Made by a program: the position numbers and the translations under genes | Shown here: positions 15,289 through 25,444 of the stretch, in pieces | How the letters are laid out: each line of letters begins with the position of its first letter | How positions within the stretch are numbered: the first letter of the stretch is position 1 | Notes under the pieces: generated by a model | What the model was told of the DNA's origin: nothing | What the model saw: only the letters and a program-made list of their open reading frames with translations | Databases searched by the model: none | Source of the DNA: an uncultured archaeon | GTDB lineage: Archaea > Thermoproteota > EX4484-205 > JAAOZP01 | Direction of reading: 5' to 3' | Assembly: GCA_938045545.1 (NCBI GenBank) | Contig: CALIBN010000034.1 | Coordinates: forward strand, 1 to 30,458 | Length of the DNA: 30,458 bases

Positions 15289-17580
15289 ATGAAAGCATGG
15301 CGAATACTTGCATCAGGACTGATCTGCATCATGCTTTTAATAAGCATGGCTCCACAATCTTTCACATCAATCAAGACTGTTACTGCTCAGGAGGAGAAGT
15401 CGGTTTGGATCAGGCCCTTCGGCTACAACCCGCCCCCCGTCGGTCACTTCAACTATTTCATAAGCGGCAGTATTGCTGTTTTCGACTGGGTTTTCGAGCT
15501 TATGACACACTACTTCGCCGCTAACGGCACCTATATCTCATGCGTTGCTGAAAGCTGGCAGCTTGACCCTGACTACATGTGGTTCCAGGTTAAGCTTAGG
15601 AAGGGTGTTAAATTCCACGACGGCCATGAGCTAACATACAAGGATGTTCTGGCAACGCTATACTGCGTATACCTTCTTAAGGACAGGCTGTGGTACTTTA
15701 TTAAGGATGTTCAGGTCATCGACGACTACACGATCAAGTTCATCTTCACGGAGAAGACTGACTACCCGGTGTTCTACATACTATGGCACTGGATGATCGT
15801 CTCCTATACTCAATACGGTAGCATCTCAGACAAGGTTCAGCAGAGAATAAAGGAGGGTAAGAACATTTTCGATAAAACCGAGGACTTCCAGGACCTTATT
15901 AACGAGCTGAACCAGTTTAGGCCTGAAACGGTAATAGGCTGCGGACCATACAAGCTTAAGAGCGTCACTGAGACGATGATAGTGCTCGAAGCCTTCGAAG
16001 ACTACTGGAACGGCAAGCCCCCGATAGACGAGATACACCTGGTGAGGTATGCTACGGCAGACCTGCTGTGGGAAGCGTTGATAAAGGGTGAAGCCCACTA
16101 CGTCTGGGCCATCTCGCCTAGCCCCGACTTGGTGCGGAGGCTAGTAACGGAGAACCCGTATGCTTGGACTATTAGAATACCTAGGCCTGTCGGCGTAACC
16201 CTTTACATCAACAAGGCTAAGTACCCGTTGAGCCTCGTCGATGTGAGACGTGCTTTAGCCTACGCGATAAACAGGAGCGAGGTGGGCTGGGTCCAGTATA
16301 CTGGTGGATGCGTTCCCTCCGAGTACGTTATAGGCTTCCACGTGCCTGACTTGACGAGATACTTGAACCAGAGCTTCATAAACCAGTGGCTTAAAGACTT
16401 CAAGTACGAGTATAACCCTGCTAAGGCTGAGCAGATCCTCCAGGGCCTAGGGTTCAAGAGGGGCGCTGACGGAGTATACGTCACGCCCAACGGCACGAGG
16501 CTTGAGTTCACCCTCGTCACCGGTGGAGGATGGATCAACGCGCCCGCGGCTGAGAACCTGAAGGCCCAGCTGCAGAAGGTCGGGATAAAGCTTAACGTTC
16601 AGGTCGTCGACACCGCTGTTTGGTCAGACGCGTTCTACAGGGGTGCTTACGACCTTAGTGGAGGCGTCTACGGCTCACCGGGATTCTCGTTCGACGAGTA
16701 CTATCATAAGTACATGACCCTATATCCCGGCCACGACCCTGCGAAAACCTGGGGCCAGATGCACTCTGTTCCCTGGAAGACCCAGCCTGTTAACGTCACG
16801 AAGCTAGCCAAAACCATACCCCTGTTCCCAGCCCAGATAAGCCAAGCAGAGCTGACCGAGATATACTCTACATTAGCCTACATAACTGGGAACGAGGTCC
16901 CGGTCATAAACCTTTACCAGCCCGCGGTAGTAATACTCATGGATAAGAGGTTCGTCTTCCCAACCGACCCAGGATACTGGAACGGCCTAGGATCCTACGA
17001 GCTTCACGGCCTTAGACCATTGTTCACTTTCGGCTGGCTTAGGCCTAAGGTTAACCTGACGGTTGAGAGCGTGGTGGGCGGGACGCTGTCCCTCGCCCCC
17101 GGGCGATACGAATATGGTAAGGGTGACACGGTAACCATAACTGCTACGCCTTTAAGCCGCTACAGGTTCGAGAGATGGGAGGTAGACGGTTCTCCAGCTG
17201 GAACAGACACAACTTTAACGATAAAGATGGATAGGTCTCACAGGGTTAAAGCAGTGTTCAGCTCGATAATCTACAAGACGCTTACGGTGCTGCCCGTGGA
17301 GGGAGGGACGCTCAGCATCGCCCCCGGCTCATACGAGTATGAGGCTGGCCAAACAGTCACTATAACAGCTACTCCTTCAAGCGGATACAACTTCGAGAGG
17401 TGGGAGGTAGACGGCTCTCCAGCTGGAACCAGTACCACGTTGACAATAACGATGGATGCTGACCACACGGTTAAAGCAGTGTTCACAAGAATACCCTACG
17501 AGATGTACATAGGCATAGTCGTAGTCATAGTGATAATAGCGGTTGCAGCCTACCTCATCCTTAAGAGAAGAGGTAAGTAG
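15289..17580 (+). CDS. oppA: Family 5 ABC solute-binding protein (likely oligosaccharide-binding) with two tandem beta-sandwich repeats and a C-terminal TM anchor
   Basis: Signal peptide ending near TVTAQ; AESW...VKLRKGVKFHDG...DV; IGCGPYKL; VRRALAYAINR; YNPAKAEQIL; C-terminal hydrophobic helix plus KRRGK. Confidence 0.92.
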   Translation: MKAWRILASGLICIMLLISMAPQSFTSIKTVTAQEEKSVWIRPFGYNPPPVGHFNYFISGSIAVFDWVFELMTHYFAANGTYISCVAESWQLDPDYMWFQVKLRKGVKFHDGHELTYKDVLATLYCVYLLKDRLWYFIKDVQVIDDYTIKFIFTEKTDYPVFYILWHWMIVSYTQYGSISDKVQQRIKEGKNIFDKTEDFQDLINELNQFRPETVIGCGPYKLKSVTETMIVLEAFEDYWNGKPPIDEIHLVRYATADLLWEALIKGEAHYVWAISPSPDLVRRLVTENPYAWTIRIPRPVGVTLYINKAKYPLSLVDVRRALAYAINRSEVGWVQYTGGCVPSEYVIGFHVPDLTRYLNQSFINQWLKDFKYEYNPAKAEQILQGLGFKRGADGVYVTPNGTRLEFTLVTGGGWINAPAAENLKAQLQKVGIKLNVQVVDTAVWSDAFYRGAYDLSGGVYGSPGFSFDEYYHKYMTLYPGHDPAKTWGQMHSVPWKTQPVNVTKLAKTIPLFPAQISQAELTEIYSTLAYITGNEVPVINLYQPAVVILMDKRFVFPTDPGYWNGLGSYELHGLRPLFTFGWLRPKVNLTVESVVGGTLSLAPGRYEYGKGDTVTITATPLSRYRFERWEVDGSPAGTDTTLTIKMDRSHRVKAVFSSIIYKTLTVLPVEGGTLSIAPGSYEYEAGQTVTITATPSSGYNFERWEVDGSPAGTSTTLTITMDADHTVKAVFTRIPYEMYIGIVVVIVIIAVAAYLILKRRGK
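17050..17484 (+). repeat. Two ~70-aa tandem domain repeats (InlB B-repeat-like) within the solute-binding protein
   Basis: 17050..17259 and 17275..17484, period 225 nt. Both copies read LTV..V.GGTLS.APG.YEY..G.TVTITATP.S.Y.FERWEVDGSPAGT.TTLTI.MD..H.VKAVF. Identity is visible at DNA level (tgggaggtagacgg, tctccagctggaac, ggttaaagcagtgttca). Confidence 0.92.
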
Positions 17581-17601
17581 CTAAACCCCCCCTCAGAAAA
17601 C

Positions 17602-17618
17602 TTTTTTTACCTCTTTTT
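17602..17618 (+). terminator. Putative archaeal oligo(T) terminator/attenuator after the solute-binding protein gene
   Basis: TTTTTTTACCTCTTTTT about 20 nt after the stop and before the permease genes. Confidence 0.5.
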
Positions 17619-17632
17619 CATCTCTAGTGTAA

Positions 17633-18622
17633 ATGAGGTGGATAGTTAGGAAGACCGTTCTCTCCGTTATAACCCTATTCTGCGCTGTAACGATAACCTT
17701 CTTCCTCTACAGGGTTATTCCAGGAAATCCTGTGGATTTGATGATTAACTATTACCTTTCACTAGGGTATTCGTACGAAGAGGCTTTGTCAAGGGTTTTA
17801 ATGATGGTTCCCTTCGTCCCGACAGCTCCTCTCCACGAGCAATACGTGGATTTCTTAAAAGGGGTTCTGAGAGGGGACTTAGGATACTCGTTCACGCTGG
17901 CTCAGCCCATCACAAGGATACTTGGCTACGCTATTCCTTGGACAGTCTTCTCCGTGTCAATATCGCTCGTGATAAGCTTCCTCCTGGGGATCATGATGGG
18001 AATGTACATAGCTTACAAAAGAGGTTCTCTGCTTGACAAGATAATTTCTTTCTATTCCTCCATTACGACAGCCATGCCTCAAAACATCCTCGGCTTCTTC
18101 CTCATTTGGAGTTTAGCGATACAGTTGGGATGGTTTCCGAAGGAATTGGGCCCATACGGTCCGAGGGTAGACCCTTCAAAGTTTAACCTAGAGTTCATCA
18201 CGAGCGTACTACGACACGCTGCTCTACCGATCCTAACGTATGTTCTTACGAGCATGGGGTCATGGATTCTCATGATGAAGAGCAGCACGATCTCAGTTCT
18301 AGGGGAGTACTACGTGACTGCTGCTGAAGCACGGGGTTTGAAGGATAGAAGGATAGTCACAACATACGTGGGGAGGAACGCTGTGCTTCCCTTGTTCACC
18401 CGGTTCGCAATATCCCTGGGATTCATGTTTGGAGGTGCGCTTCTCATCGAAAACCTTTTCCTATACCCTGGTATCGGCAGGTATCTCACCATCGGGATTT
18501 CGATGAGGGACTATCCTCTGGTAACGGGATGCTTCCTCATAACTTCCGTCGCTACCGTACTGGGCAATCTTCTCGCCGACCTGCTTTACAGCAGGCTTGA
18601 TCCAAGGATAAGATTTGAATAG
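17633..18622 (+). CDS. oppB: Opp/Dpp-family ABC permease
   Basis: IPGNPV, QYVDFLKGVLRGDLGYSF, EAA loop YVTAAEARGL, IENLFLYPGIG, RDYPLV, LDPRIR. Confidence 0.95.
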   Translation: MRWIVRKTVLSVITLFCAVTITFFLYRVIPGNPVDLMINYYLSLGYSYEEALSRVLMMVPFVPTAPLHEQYVDFLKGVLRGDLGYSFTLAQPITRILGYAIPWTVFSVSISLVISFLLGIMMGMYIAYKRGSLLDKIISFYSSITTAMPQNILGFFLIWSLAIQLGWFPKELGPYGPRVDPSKFNLEFITSVLRHAALPILTYVLTSMGSWILMMKSSTISVLGEYYVTAAEARGLKDRRIVTTYVGRNAVLPLFTRFAISLGFMFGGALLIENLFLYPGIGRYLTIGISMRDYPLVTGCFLITSVATVLGNLLADLLYSRLDPRIRFE

Positions 18623-18634
18623 GGGTGGGGAGAA

Positions 18635-19522
18635 TTGATCAGTAGGAAATCAGGGCAGTTTAAACGTTTGACGTATGCTTTTAAAGTGTTCAGAAGGAAG
18701 CCTACTTCAATGGCGGGCCTAATAATAGTTGTTTTCTTTACACTCATGGCCCTCATAGGGCCGTTCTTCTTCCCTCTTGACATCAGGGCTTACCCCGCGA
18801 AAAGGTATCTCCCGCCTTCCTGGCAGCATCCCTTAGGCACAGACCCATACGGGAGGGATGTGCTTATGCAGATAATAAACGGCTCCCGGGATGCTCTGCT
18901 CATCGCAGCGTTAACCGGTCTAGTAACCATATTTATCGCTACCGTCATAGGGGTTTCATCCGGCATACTGGGCGGCCTGTTCGACGAAGTGCTGATGAGG
19001 ATTACTGAAATATTCCTTATACTTCCACAATACCCGCTACTGCTGCTGATAGCTGCAATACTCCCTGCCGGCAGGGAGCTAACCCTGTTTGAAGTCTCGC
19101 TCATAATAGGCATCGTCCAGTGGCCGGGTACTGCTAGGGCGATCAGGTCTCAGGTGCTTGCTATCCGAGAAAGGCCGTTCATAGAGGCGGCTAGGTGCCT
19201 GAACCTAGGTAGTCTCCACATAATCTTCAGAGAAATAATACCCAACTTGACGCCATACTTGGTGATGAACTTCTTCCTAGCGCTCACCGGCGGCATATAT
19301 TCCCAAGTGATACTTTTCTCGCTGGGAATTCTGAGATTCACCTCCATAAACTGGGGTGTGATGATAAACATCGCGATGGGTGAGAGCGCGTTGATCAACC
19401 CGAAAGCATGGATTTACCTCTTCTCCCCCATCGTATGCATAGTTCTACTCCAGACGGGCCTGGTCCTAATATCGTCAGCTCTTGAAGAAGTGTTTAATCC
19501 CAGGCTTAGAACAGAAGAGTAG
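18635..19522 (+). CDS. oppC: Opp/Dpp-family ABC permease
   Basis: PPSWQHPLGTDPYGRD, ARAIRSQVL, FIEAARCL, LFSLG...WG, FNPRLR. Confidence 0.95.
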   Translation: MISRKSGQFKRLTYAFKVFRRKPTSMAGLIIVVFFTLMALIGPFFFPLDIRAYPAKRYLPPSWQHPLGTDPYGRDVLMQIINGSRDALLIAALTGLVTIFIATVIGVSSGILGGLFDEVLMRITEIFLILPQYPLLLLIAAILPAGRELTLFEVSLIIGIVQWPGTARAIRSQVLAIRERPFIEAARCLNLGSLHIIFREIIPNLTPYLVMNFFLALTGGIYSQVILFSLGILRFTSINWGVMINIAMGESALINPKAWIYLFSPIVCIVLLQTGLVLISSALEEVFNPRLRTEE

Positions 19523-19558
19523 CAAAACCGTTTTACGACGCTTATTATCGGCCGTCTT

Positions 19559-22219
19559 TCAACCTGTTTTTAAAAGCAGCGTTACTATTTCCCAGGGCCC
19601 AGCGTTAAGCAACACCTTGTTCTCAAAATTCTCAACCCTGGTGGCCGGCTGCTCGTTAATGTTTGTTTTCCAAGCCTCTGAGAATGGGAACGATGTTTCA
19701 ATACTGCCGGTTAAAGTTTCGCCGCTAATGTTGTAAAACCTTATTACGAGCCCATCCCCGTCTTCCCACTTCTTGACTGCGGTGACGACGAGTTTCTCAG
19801 GCTCAACCTTCAGAAGGCTCAACTGCCTCGGCATTCTCCCCTCAGGGTTTAAAACCGGGATGCTGAGAGGCGGGTATGCGAAACCCCTGGCCTGCACGTA
19901 TGCTTTCGAACCGAGCCAGCCGTCTTCGTGAAGTATTACGGAGTATTCGAAAACCATTCTCCTAAGACACTGGGCCCCAGGAGTGGGGAGACCCGGGCCA
20001 GCGGGGCCCCTTCTCGTAGTCAGGTCGCTTCTTGAAAGCCAGCCCACAGCCCTGAGAAGCGTAAGGTAAACTATTGCTCCTCCTCGGCTCTTCCTAACCT
20101 CGTATTCTGGAATCCCCCTGTTAGCCACCGTGAAGCCTTTCAAGCCGTCGTTAACGTTAACCCATTGGAGCTGAGGATGAGTCGTCGGCGGGTTTTCCAC
20201 CCAGTTCTCCCCGCTGCTAGCAGGTTCAACTGGTCTCTCAATAACCTGGTAGTGATAGTCAGCGTAAGACTTTTCAGCCGCTATGTCTGTTTGAAATGCT
20301 ACTCTAAGCCTGTGGTCCATCGCCCTGTTGTCGACCTCAGTCTTGAAGTCAATCCTCCTCAAGCCAGGCATTATTGAAACTTCTGTTGAAACAGGTATCT
20401 CGACTTTTTCAACGCTTCTCCGCTGGCCTTCTAGGCGGGCAGGTATCAGCATATTAAGGCTTATTCTCATTAATGCCCTAGTCCCAAGGTTGCGCGTCTC
20501 AACCTGGGCCTGTGTTTCTAGGCTTGAGAAGACCGGGTTATGCTCGACTGGAGGCGAGAAATTGTACTCGTCCCCAGCGTCACCCTCGTCCACGAAGAAG
20601 TTAATGCCCTCTAGAACTCTGCCCGTATCCTTCTCAACAATCCTAAGCACGCCTCCTTTTTCAGGGTCTGCTTCAACCCTTATAAGCGAGTTTTCAACGT
20701 AAAAATCACCGGTCTCAAGCTCCTCGCAGGCTGGTGGCTCACCCTTGATCAGGGAGTAAACCCTGTAGCCCAAGGGTGGGAGGCTTGCGGTGAACTCGAC
20801 TGTACACGCATCCCCCCAGCTAGACGCGTCCTGAGGAGGTTGGGACACGTATGTGGGAACCTCGTGATCCCCATCGTGAACCGCATACTTGTCTGGGGGC
20901 AATGGCACAACCACTGAGACGGGTTCAGACCTCGGCCAGTTGAGCGTGTTGAAGACAACGATTTCCGCGAGCGAGTCCACCCTAGGCCTTGAAACCAACC
21001 TCGCCATCTTTGACGCTGCTTGAAGCGCCAAGCTTGAAGCACCCTGTATGACGCTGACGAACCTGGCTTCGTTCTCGTCGTGCACATGGTCCACCCCGCT
21101 GCCGTAGATACTGTCGTGCGCATGGTTCAGCAGCAGGCTTTTCCACAGCCTGTTTAAGAGCCCGTCGGGATAGGCTGCTCCCGTAAGGATCTTGGCGAAA
21201 ACGGATAGTGGTTCAGCATACTGCTCCAGCTCAGCCTGAGCCTTGAAGTTCAGCTGCTTGAGATAGATGCGTGTCGAGTATACGCCTGCCAGCGTTGGGA
21301 AGAAGCGTGCACCCCTCAGCTCTCCCTCAAAAACCTGCAGGCTCGGCAAGTGTCTCCTAACATCATCCAAATAATTCTCAATGTCTGAATGCTCAGCCAC
21401 AATATCTTTTTCCACCTCGTTTAGAAAACCTATTATCCTAGTTATGCTTGATTGCGGCGGCATGTGGTCACACCCGTTCATAAGCAGGATGCTGCCGCTC
21501 ACGCTAAGCGGCTTAAGCCTGTTTACAACGCTAACAACCCTCCGCCTAGCAGCATCGAGGTCGGGCTCAGGCTCCTCCTCGTAAATCTTCTGGCGAATCG
21601 TGCCCCAGCCGAGTGGAGACCGCCAGTAGTAAGCATCCCATGGTCTGGAGACGCCCAGCATGTTCGCGTTACAGTACCCCGTGAGAAGGTGGATAGCAAT
21701 AACCTCGCTGCCATCCGGCCCTCTGTAGAGGAACTCTGTCTTAAGCTTCTCCCCCTCGTCCCCCATTCCTCTCGTGAAGATGAAGCTGTCTATTCCGAAG
21801 CCGCGGAGTATCTGGGGGATCTGCGGAACATGGCAGAAAGTGTCTGGAAGATATCCTGCTTTCATAAGGCCTCCAAAGCTTAGAGACAGCCTAAACCCGA
21901 TTAGGAGGTTCCTGACTAGTGCTTCAGGGCTGACCAGGGCTTCGTCAGGCTGGGTGAACCATGGCCCTGTTTTCAACCTCCCCGAGGAGACGAGACGCCT
22001 AATCCTCTGCTCGTCCTCAGGCTTAGCCTCTAAATAGTCTTCGAGAATACTAGCCTGGCCGTCGATCATGAAGCTTTTAAACTCCGGGTTTTCCTCAAGA
22101 AGATTCAACGCTTTTTCCATCACCCTAACCAGCCTAGCCCTGTATTCTTGGAAGGACAAGTACCATTCCCGGTCCCAATGAGTATGGGAAACCACGTGAA
22201 TCCTCGTGGGCATTTCCAC
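19559..22219 (-). CDS. Glycoside hydrolase family 38 alpha-mannosidase (MngB-like), cytoplasmic
   Basis: SHTHWDREWY zinc motif, IDGQ, GPW.TQPDE, nucleophile region YLPDTFCH, NGCDH, HAHDSIYG, TLLRAVG. No signal peptide. Start GTG 22219 or ATG 22213. Confidence 0.93.
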   Translation of the reverse strand: MEMPTRIHVVSHTHWDREWYLSFQEYRARLVRVMEKALNLLEENPEFKSFMIDGQASILEDYLEAKPEDEQRIRRLVSSGRLKTGPWFTQPDEALVSPEALVRNLLIGFRLSLSFGGLMKAGYLPDTFCHVPQIPQILRGFGIDSFIFTRGMGDEGEKLKTEFLYRGPDGSEVIAIHLLTGYCNANMLGVSRPWDAYYWRSPLGWGTIRQKIYEEEPEPDLDAARRRVVSVVNRLKPLSVSGSILLMNGCDHMPPQSSITRIIGFLNEVEKDIVAEHSDIENYLDDVRRHLPSLQVFEGELRGARFFPTLAGVYSTRIYLKQLNFKAQAELEQYAEPLSVFAKILTGAAYPDGLLNRLWKSLLLNHAHDSIYGSGVDHVHDENEARFVSVIQGASSLALQAASKMARLVSRPRVDSLAEIVVFNTLNWPRSEPVSVVVPLPPDKYAVHDGDHEVPTYVSQPPQDASSWGDACTVEFTASLPPLGYRVYSLIKGEPPACEELETGDFYVENSLIRVEADPEKGGVLRIVEKDTGRVLEGINFFVDEGDAGDEYNFSPPVEHNPVFSSLETQAQVETRNLGTRALMRISLNMLIPARLEGQRRSVEKVEIPVSTEVSIMPGLRRIDFKTEVDNRAMDHRLRVAFQTDIAAEKSYADYHYQVIERPVEPASSGENWVENPPTTHPQLQWVNVNDGLKGFTVANRGIPEYEVRKSRGGAIVYLTLLRAVGWLSRSDLTTRRGPAGPGLPTPGAQCLRRMVFEYSVILHEDGWLGSKAYVQARGFAYPPLSIPVLNPEGRMPRQLSLLKVEPEKLVVTAVKKWEDGDGLVIRFYNISGETLTGSIETSFPFSEAWKTNINEQPATRVENFENKVLLNAGPWEIVTLLLKTG

Positions 22220-22285
22220 TACTACCTCTTCCCAGTCTTATAAAAAGATAGTCTGAAAACTTGGGCTCTGTTCCCGAGGGTGCGG

Positions 22286-24169
22286 TCATCCTTTAAAACT
22301 ACCAAGCTTTGGCACTAACCTGATCCAGACGCTCATTGGACAAGGTTCACGGTTAGCCCAAGCATAGTACGGTACTGCTAAAAACCCTGTTTTACGCGCG
22401 CTATCCGGTTTTGAAGCCTGGTAGAGGCGATCCTGGCTCCAATCCGAGTCAGCCACATATCCCTCTCCCCTTATCACCATGATCCCGTCAAACATGTCTG
22501 GGGCCCACTCTGCCTGAAGCGACGCATCCTCACTAATTAAAAGATCCCAGACGTCAAATCCAGCGTTGTCAACCCCCTCTAGACAGTATACTATGGGTCC
22601 TCTGCTTAAAGCTACTCTACCCAGGTTCTCGTAGACAAGCGGGTTGCAAGATATTTTCCTAACCTCCATTTTAAAAGATAATTCTATTCTGTCACCGTCT
22701 CTCCAGGCTCTGCAAAGCCTGAAGTAGGATCCTGGCTCAATGTTCCCGTCAATCTTCAACCCGTTTAGGCTTACCTCGGTCTTCCCGCTCCAACCAGGTA
22801 TTCGAAGATATATGGAGAAAGCGTGCTCATGCTGGAGGCTGAGGGTTATTTCAACCCTACCATCCCAGGGATAATCAGTGTTTTGAACGATCCTTACTAC
22901 ATTTCCTTTAAACTCTAGGTTGGCAACACTCTCGTCATACATGTTCACCCAGATGCCGTCTTCAGAAACACTGTAGAAGTAGCCGGGGAGACTGGCTATG
23001 AGCCTAGCCACGTTCGGCGGGCAACAGGCGCATTCAAACCATTTCCTCCGCCTGTGTTTACCGCGGTCTGCAAGCGGGTTCACGTAGAAATACTCTTTGC
23101 CGTCGAGCGAGACTCCTGCTAAAATACCATTGTAAAGAGCAAGCTCCATCACGTCGACGAACTTTGCCTCTCCGCTTGCGAGAAACATTCTCCAGTTCCA
23201 CATGAAGCTCGCTATCGCCGCACAGGTCTCAGCGTAGGCTTGAACATTCGGAAGCTCATAGTTGAAGCCGAAGGCTTCCCCATCGTAACGGGAGCCAACG
23301 CCACCTGTAACGTACATTTTACACTTAACCATGTTGCTCCAGAGTTTTTCTAAAACATTCCATATCTCCCTTTCCCCAGTCTCCATGTACAGGTCTGTCG
23401 CGCCACAATTCAAGTAAAGCGACCTCACGGCGTGCCCAACGATCTCGTCGAGCTGCCTGAAAGGCTTATGGTCAATCAGGTTGACATCACCGCCTAGGAT
23501 TCCCTTTCCACGATTATCTATGAATGTTTTAGCCATGTTCAAGTATCTGTAGTCCCCGGTCTCCCTGTACAGCTCAACCATGGCCATCTCTATCTCAGGG
23601 TGTCCAGGTGTCCCAGGCCTCCCGTCTGGGCCGAAGGTTCTCAATATATGGTTTGCGAAACGCACTGCCGTGTTGAAAAGCTTCTCGTCGCCAGTGGCTC
23701 TGCGCAGGGCAACAGCAGCCTGAATCAGATGCCCGGCGCAATACAGCTCATGCATAGCCCTGAGGTTTGTCCAGCGTTGAGCCCTGTTTTCAAACGTGAA
23801 AAAAGTATTAAGGTAACCGTCGTCATCTTGAGCTGCGCATATGTCGTTCACGACTTTCTCAACCAGGCGGTGAAGCTCCTCGTCGTAGCCTGATGCTAGC
23901 AGGAAGCCGACGGCCTCAACCCACTTGTAAACATCTGAATCGTTAAACACTAATCCTTGAAAACCACCCTTCTCCCTGCCGGCTGCCCTTCGAAAATTGT
24001 AAATCCTACCGGTGTTTTCAAGAAGCTCATACTGGGATGGAATCGTTACTTCCCTCAGCTTTTTCAGGCGTTTACCCCAGAAACCATTCTTCAGCTTAAC
24101 GTCTTCAACGGGAACTGAGCGCAGCTTCGCGTAAGGGCTTCTTGACGTATCCACCACGCGAGTGGGCAA
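22286..24169 (-). CDS. Glycoside hydrolase family 127 (beta-L-arabinofuranosidase-like), cytoplasmic
   Basis: FNDSDVYKW, DGYL, HELYCAGH, GHPEIE, GHAVR, YAETCA, CACCPPN zinc/Cys nucleophile motifs, PYYAWANR. TTG start. Confidence 0.93.
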   Translation of the reverse strand: MPTRVVDTSRSPYAKLRSVPVEDVKLKNGFWGKRLKKLREVTIPSQYELLENTGRIYNFRRAAGREKGGFQGLVFNDSDVYKWVEAVGFLLASGYDEELHRLVEKVVNDICAAQDDDGYLNTFFTFENRAQRWTNLRAMHELYCAGHLIQAAVALRRATGDEKLFNTAVRFANHILRTFGPDGRPGTPGHPEIEMAMVELYRETGDYRYLNMAKTFIDNRGKGILGGDVNLIDHKPFRQLDEIVGHAVRSLYLNCGATDLYMETGEREIWNVLEKLWSNMVKCKMYVTGGVGSRYDGEAFGFNYELPNVQAYAETCAAIASFMWNWRMFLASGEAKFVDVMELALYNGILAGVSLDGKEYFYVNPLADRGKHRRRKWFECACCPPNVARLIASLPGYFYSVSEDGIWVNMYDESVANLEFKGNVVRIVQNTDYPWDGRVEITLSLQHEHAFSIYLRIPGWSGKTEVSLNGLKIDGNIEPGSYFRLCRAWRDGDRIELSFKMEVRKISCNPLVYENLGRVALSRGPIVYCLEGVDNAGFDVWDLLISEDASLQAEWAPDMFDGIMVIRGEGYVADSDWSQDRLYQASKPDSARKTGFLAVPYYAWANREPCPMSVWIRLVPKLGSFKG

Positions 24170-24252
24170 GACTACTCAAAAAATGCTTCAAAGTTTTAAA
24201 AACCTTCCGTTTCCCCATAAACCTAATGCTCGCTTGCCTTGGAAACGTATTG

Positions 24253-24259
24253 TTTATAT
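24253..24259 (+). promoter_or_regulatory. TATA box of the epimerase gene (divergent from GH127)
   Basis: TTTATAT ends about 27 nt before ATG 24287. A TTTTTAAAA on the minus strand (about 24194-24202) sits at similar spacing from the GH127 start. Confidence 0.5.
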
Positions 24260-24286
24260 GCTTCAAGACGTTGAGAAACCGGGCAG

Positions 24287-25345
24287 ATGGCTTGGAGAAA
24301 TAAGGCTGACAGTCAGCTTCCAGACATCATAGAAAGCGAGGCGGAGCTCGACGAAATATTATCCAGGCCGATGCATGAGACTGTGAAGACTGTTTCACAG
24401 CTCGACGGAGACATCCTGATCCTAGGCGTCTCAGGCAAGATCGGCCCTACTCTCGCTAGGCTTGTAAAAAGAGCTGTGGATGAGGCTGGTTTGAGGAAAA
24501 GGGTTATAGGAGCATCCAGGTTTTCAACCCTAGGGTTAAAGGATGAGCTGGAGAAGGCTGGCGTTGAAACTGTCTCATGCGACCTTTTGGATGAGGAACA
24601 ATTGGATAGGCTTCCGGATGCTTCTAACGTGATATATATGGTTGGCAGGAAGTTCGGCACCGAGGAGGATGCTTCACTAACCTGGGCTGTAAACACGTTG
24701 ATTCCTGCAATGGTTTCGAGAAGATTCAGGAACTCGAGGATAGTTGTTTTTTCAACCGGGAACGTTTACCCCTTGGTCCCCGTCTCTTCCGGGGGTGCGG
24801 ATGAATCGACTCGCCCAGACCCGGTGGGAGAGTACGCTCAAACGTGCTTGGGGCGGGAGAGAATATTCGAATACTACTCTAGGAAATACGGCTTGAAAAC
24901 CCTGTTCTTAAGGTTGAATTACGCAGTGGAACTGAGGTACGGCGTTTTGCTAGATGTGGCCCAGAAGGTTTTTAAAGGTTACCCTATCGACTTAAGAATG
25001 GGGTACGTCAACGTCATATGGCAGGGAGATGTTAACAACATAGCTGTCCGCTCTCTAGAACTCTGCAACTCTCCTCCTGAAACGATTAACACAACTGGTC
25101 CTGAAATCGTTTCAGTAAGATGGTTAGCGGAGCGATTCGGCGCACTGTTTCGAAGGGAGCCCGTTTTTACGAACAGGGAAATGGAAAAAGCCCTGTTGAG
25201 CAATGCTTCAAAATGCTTCAGGCTATTCGGCCGTCCAACAGTCACGTTGGAGCAAATGGTGAAGTGGGTTGCTCACTGGGTTCTAATAGGGGGCCGCACT
25301 TTCAACAAGCCTACTCATTTCGAGGTTACGGATGGAAGGTTCTGA
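24287..25345 (+). CDS. NAD-dependent epimerase/dehydratase (extended SDR family)
   Basis: ILILGVSGKIG Rossmann motif, GRKFG, FSTGNVY, PVGEYAQTCLGRER, RLNYA, NVIWQGD. Confidence 0.88.
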   Translation: MAWRNKADSQLPDIIESEAELDEILSRPMHETVKTVSQLDGDILILGVSGKIGPTLARLVKRAVDEAGLRKRVIGASRFSTLGLKDELEKAGVETVSCDLLDEEQLDRLPDASNVIYMVGRKFGTEEDASLTWAVNTLIPAMVSRRFRNSRIVVFSTGNVYPLVPVSSGGADESTRPDPVGEYAQTCLGRERIFEYYSRKYGLKTLFLRLNYAVELRYGVLLDVAQKVFKGYPIDLRMGYVNVIWQGDVNNIAVRSLELCNSPPETINTTGPEIVSVRWLAERFGALFRREPVFTNREMEKALLSNASKCFRLFGRPTVTLEQMVKWVAHWVLIGGRTFNKPTHFEVTDGRF

Positions 25346-25444
25346 GCGTCAATAAATGCAGCCTATTCTTGTGAACGATAAAATAGAAATTATGTTTCAC
25401 GATTGTTTGTAAACGCTTAATAGAAAGCTCGTCTGATTTCTCCC

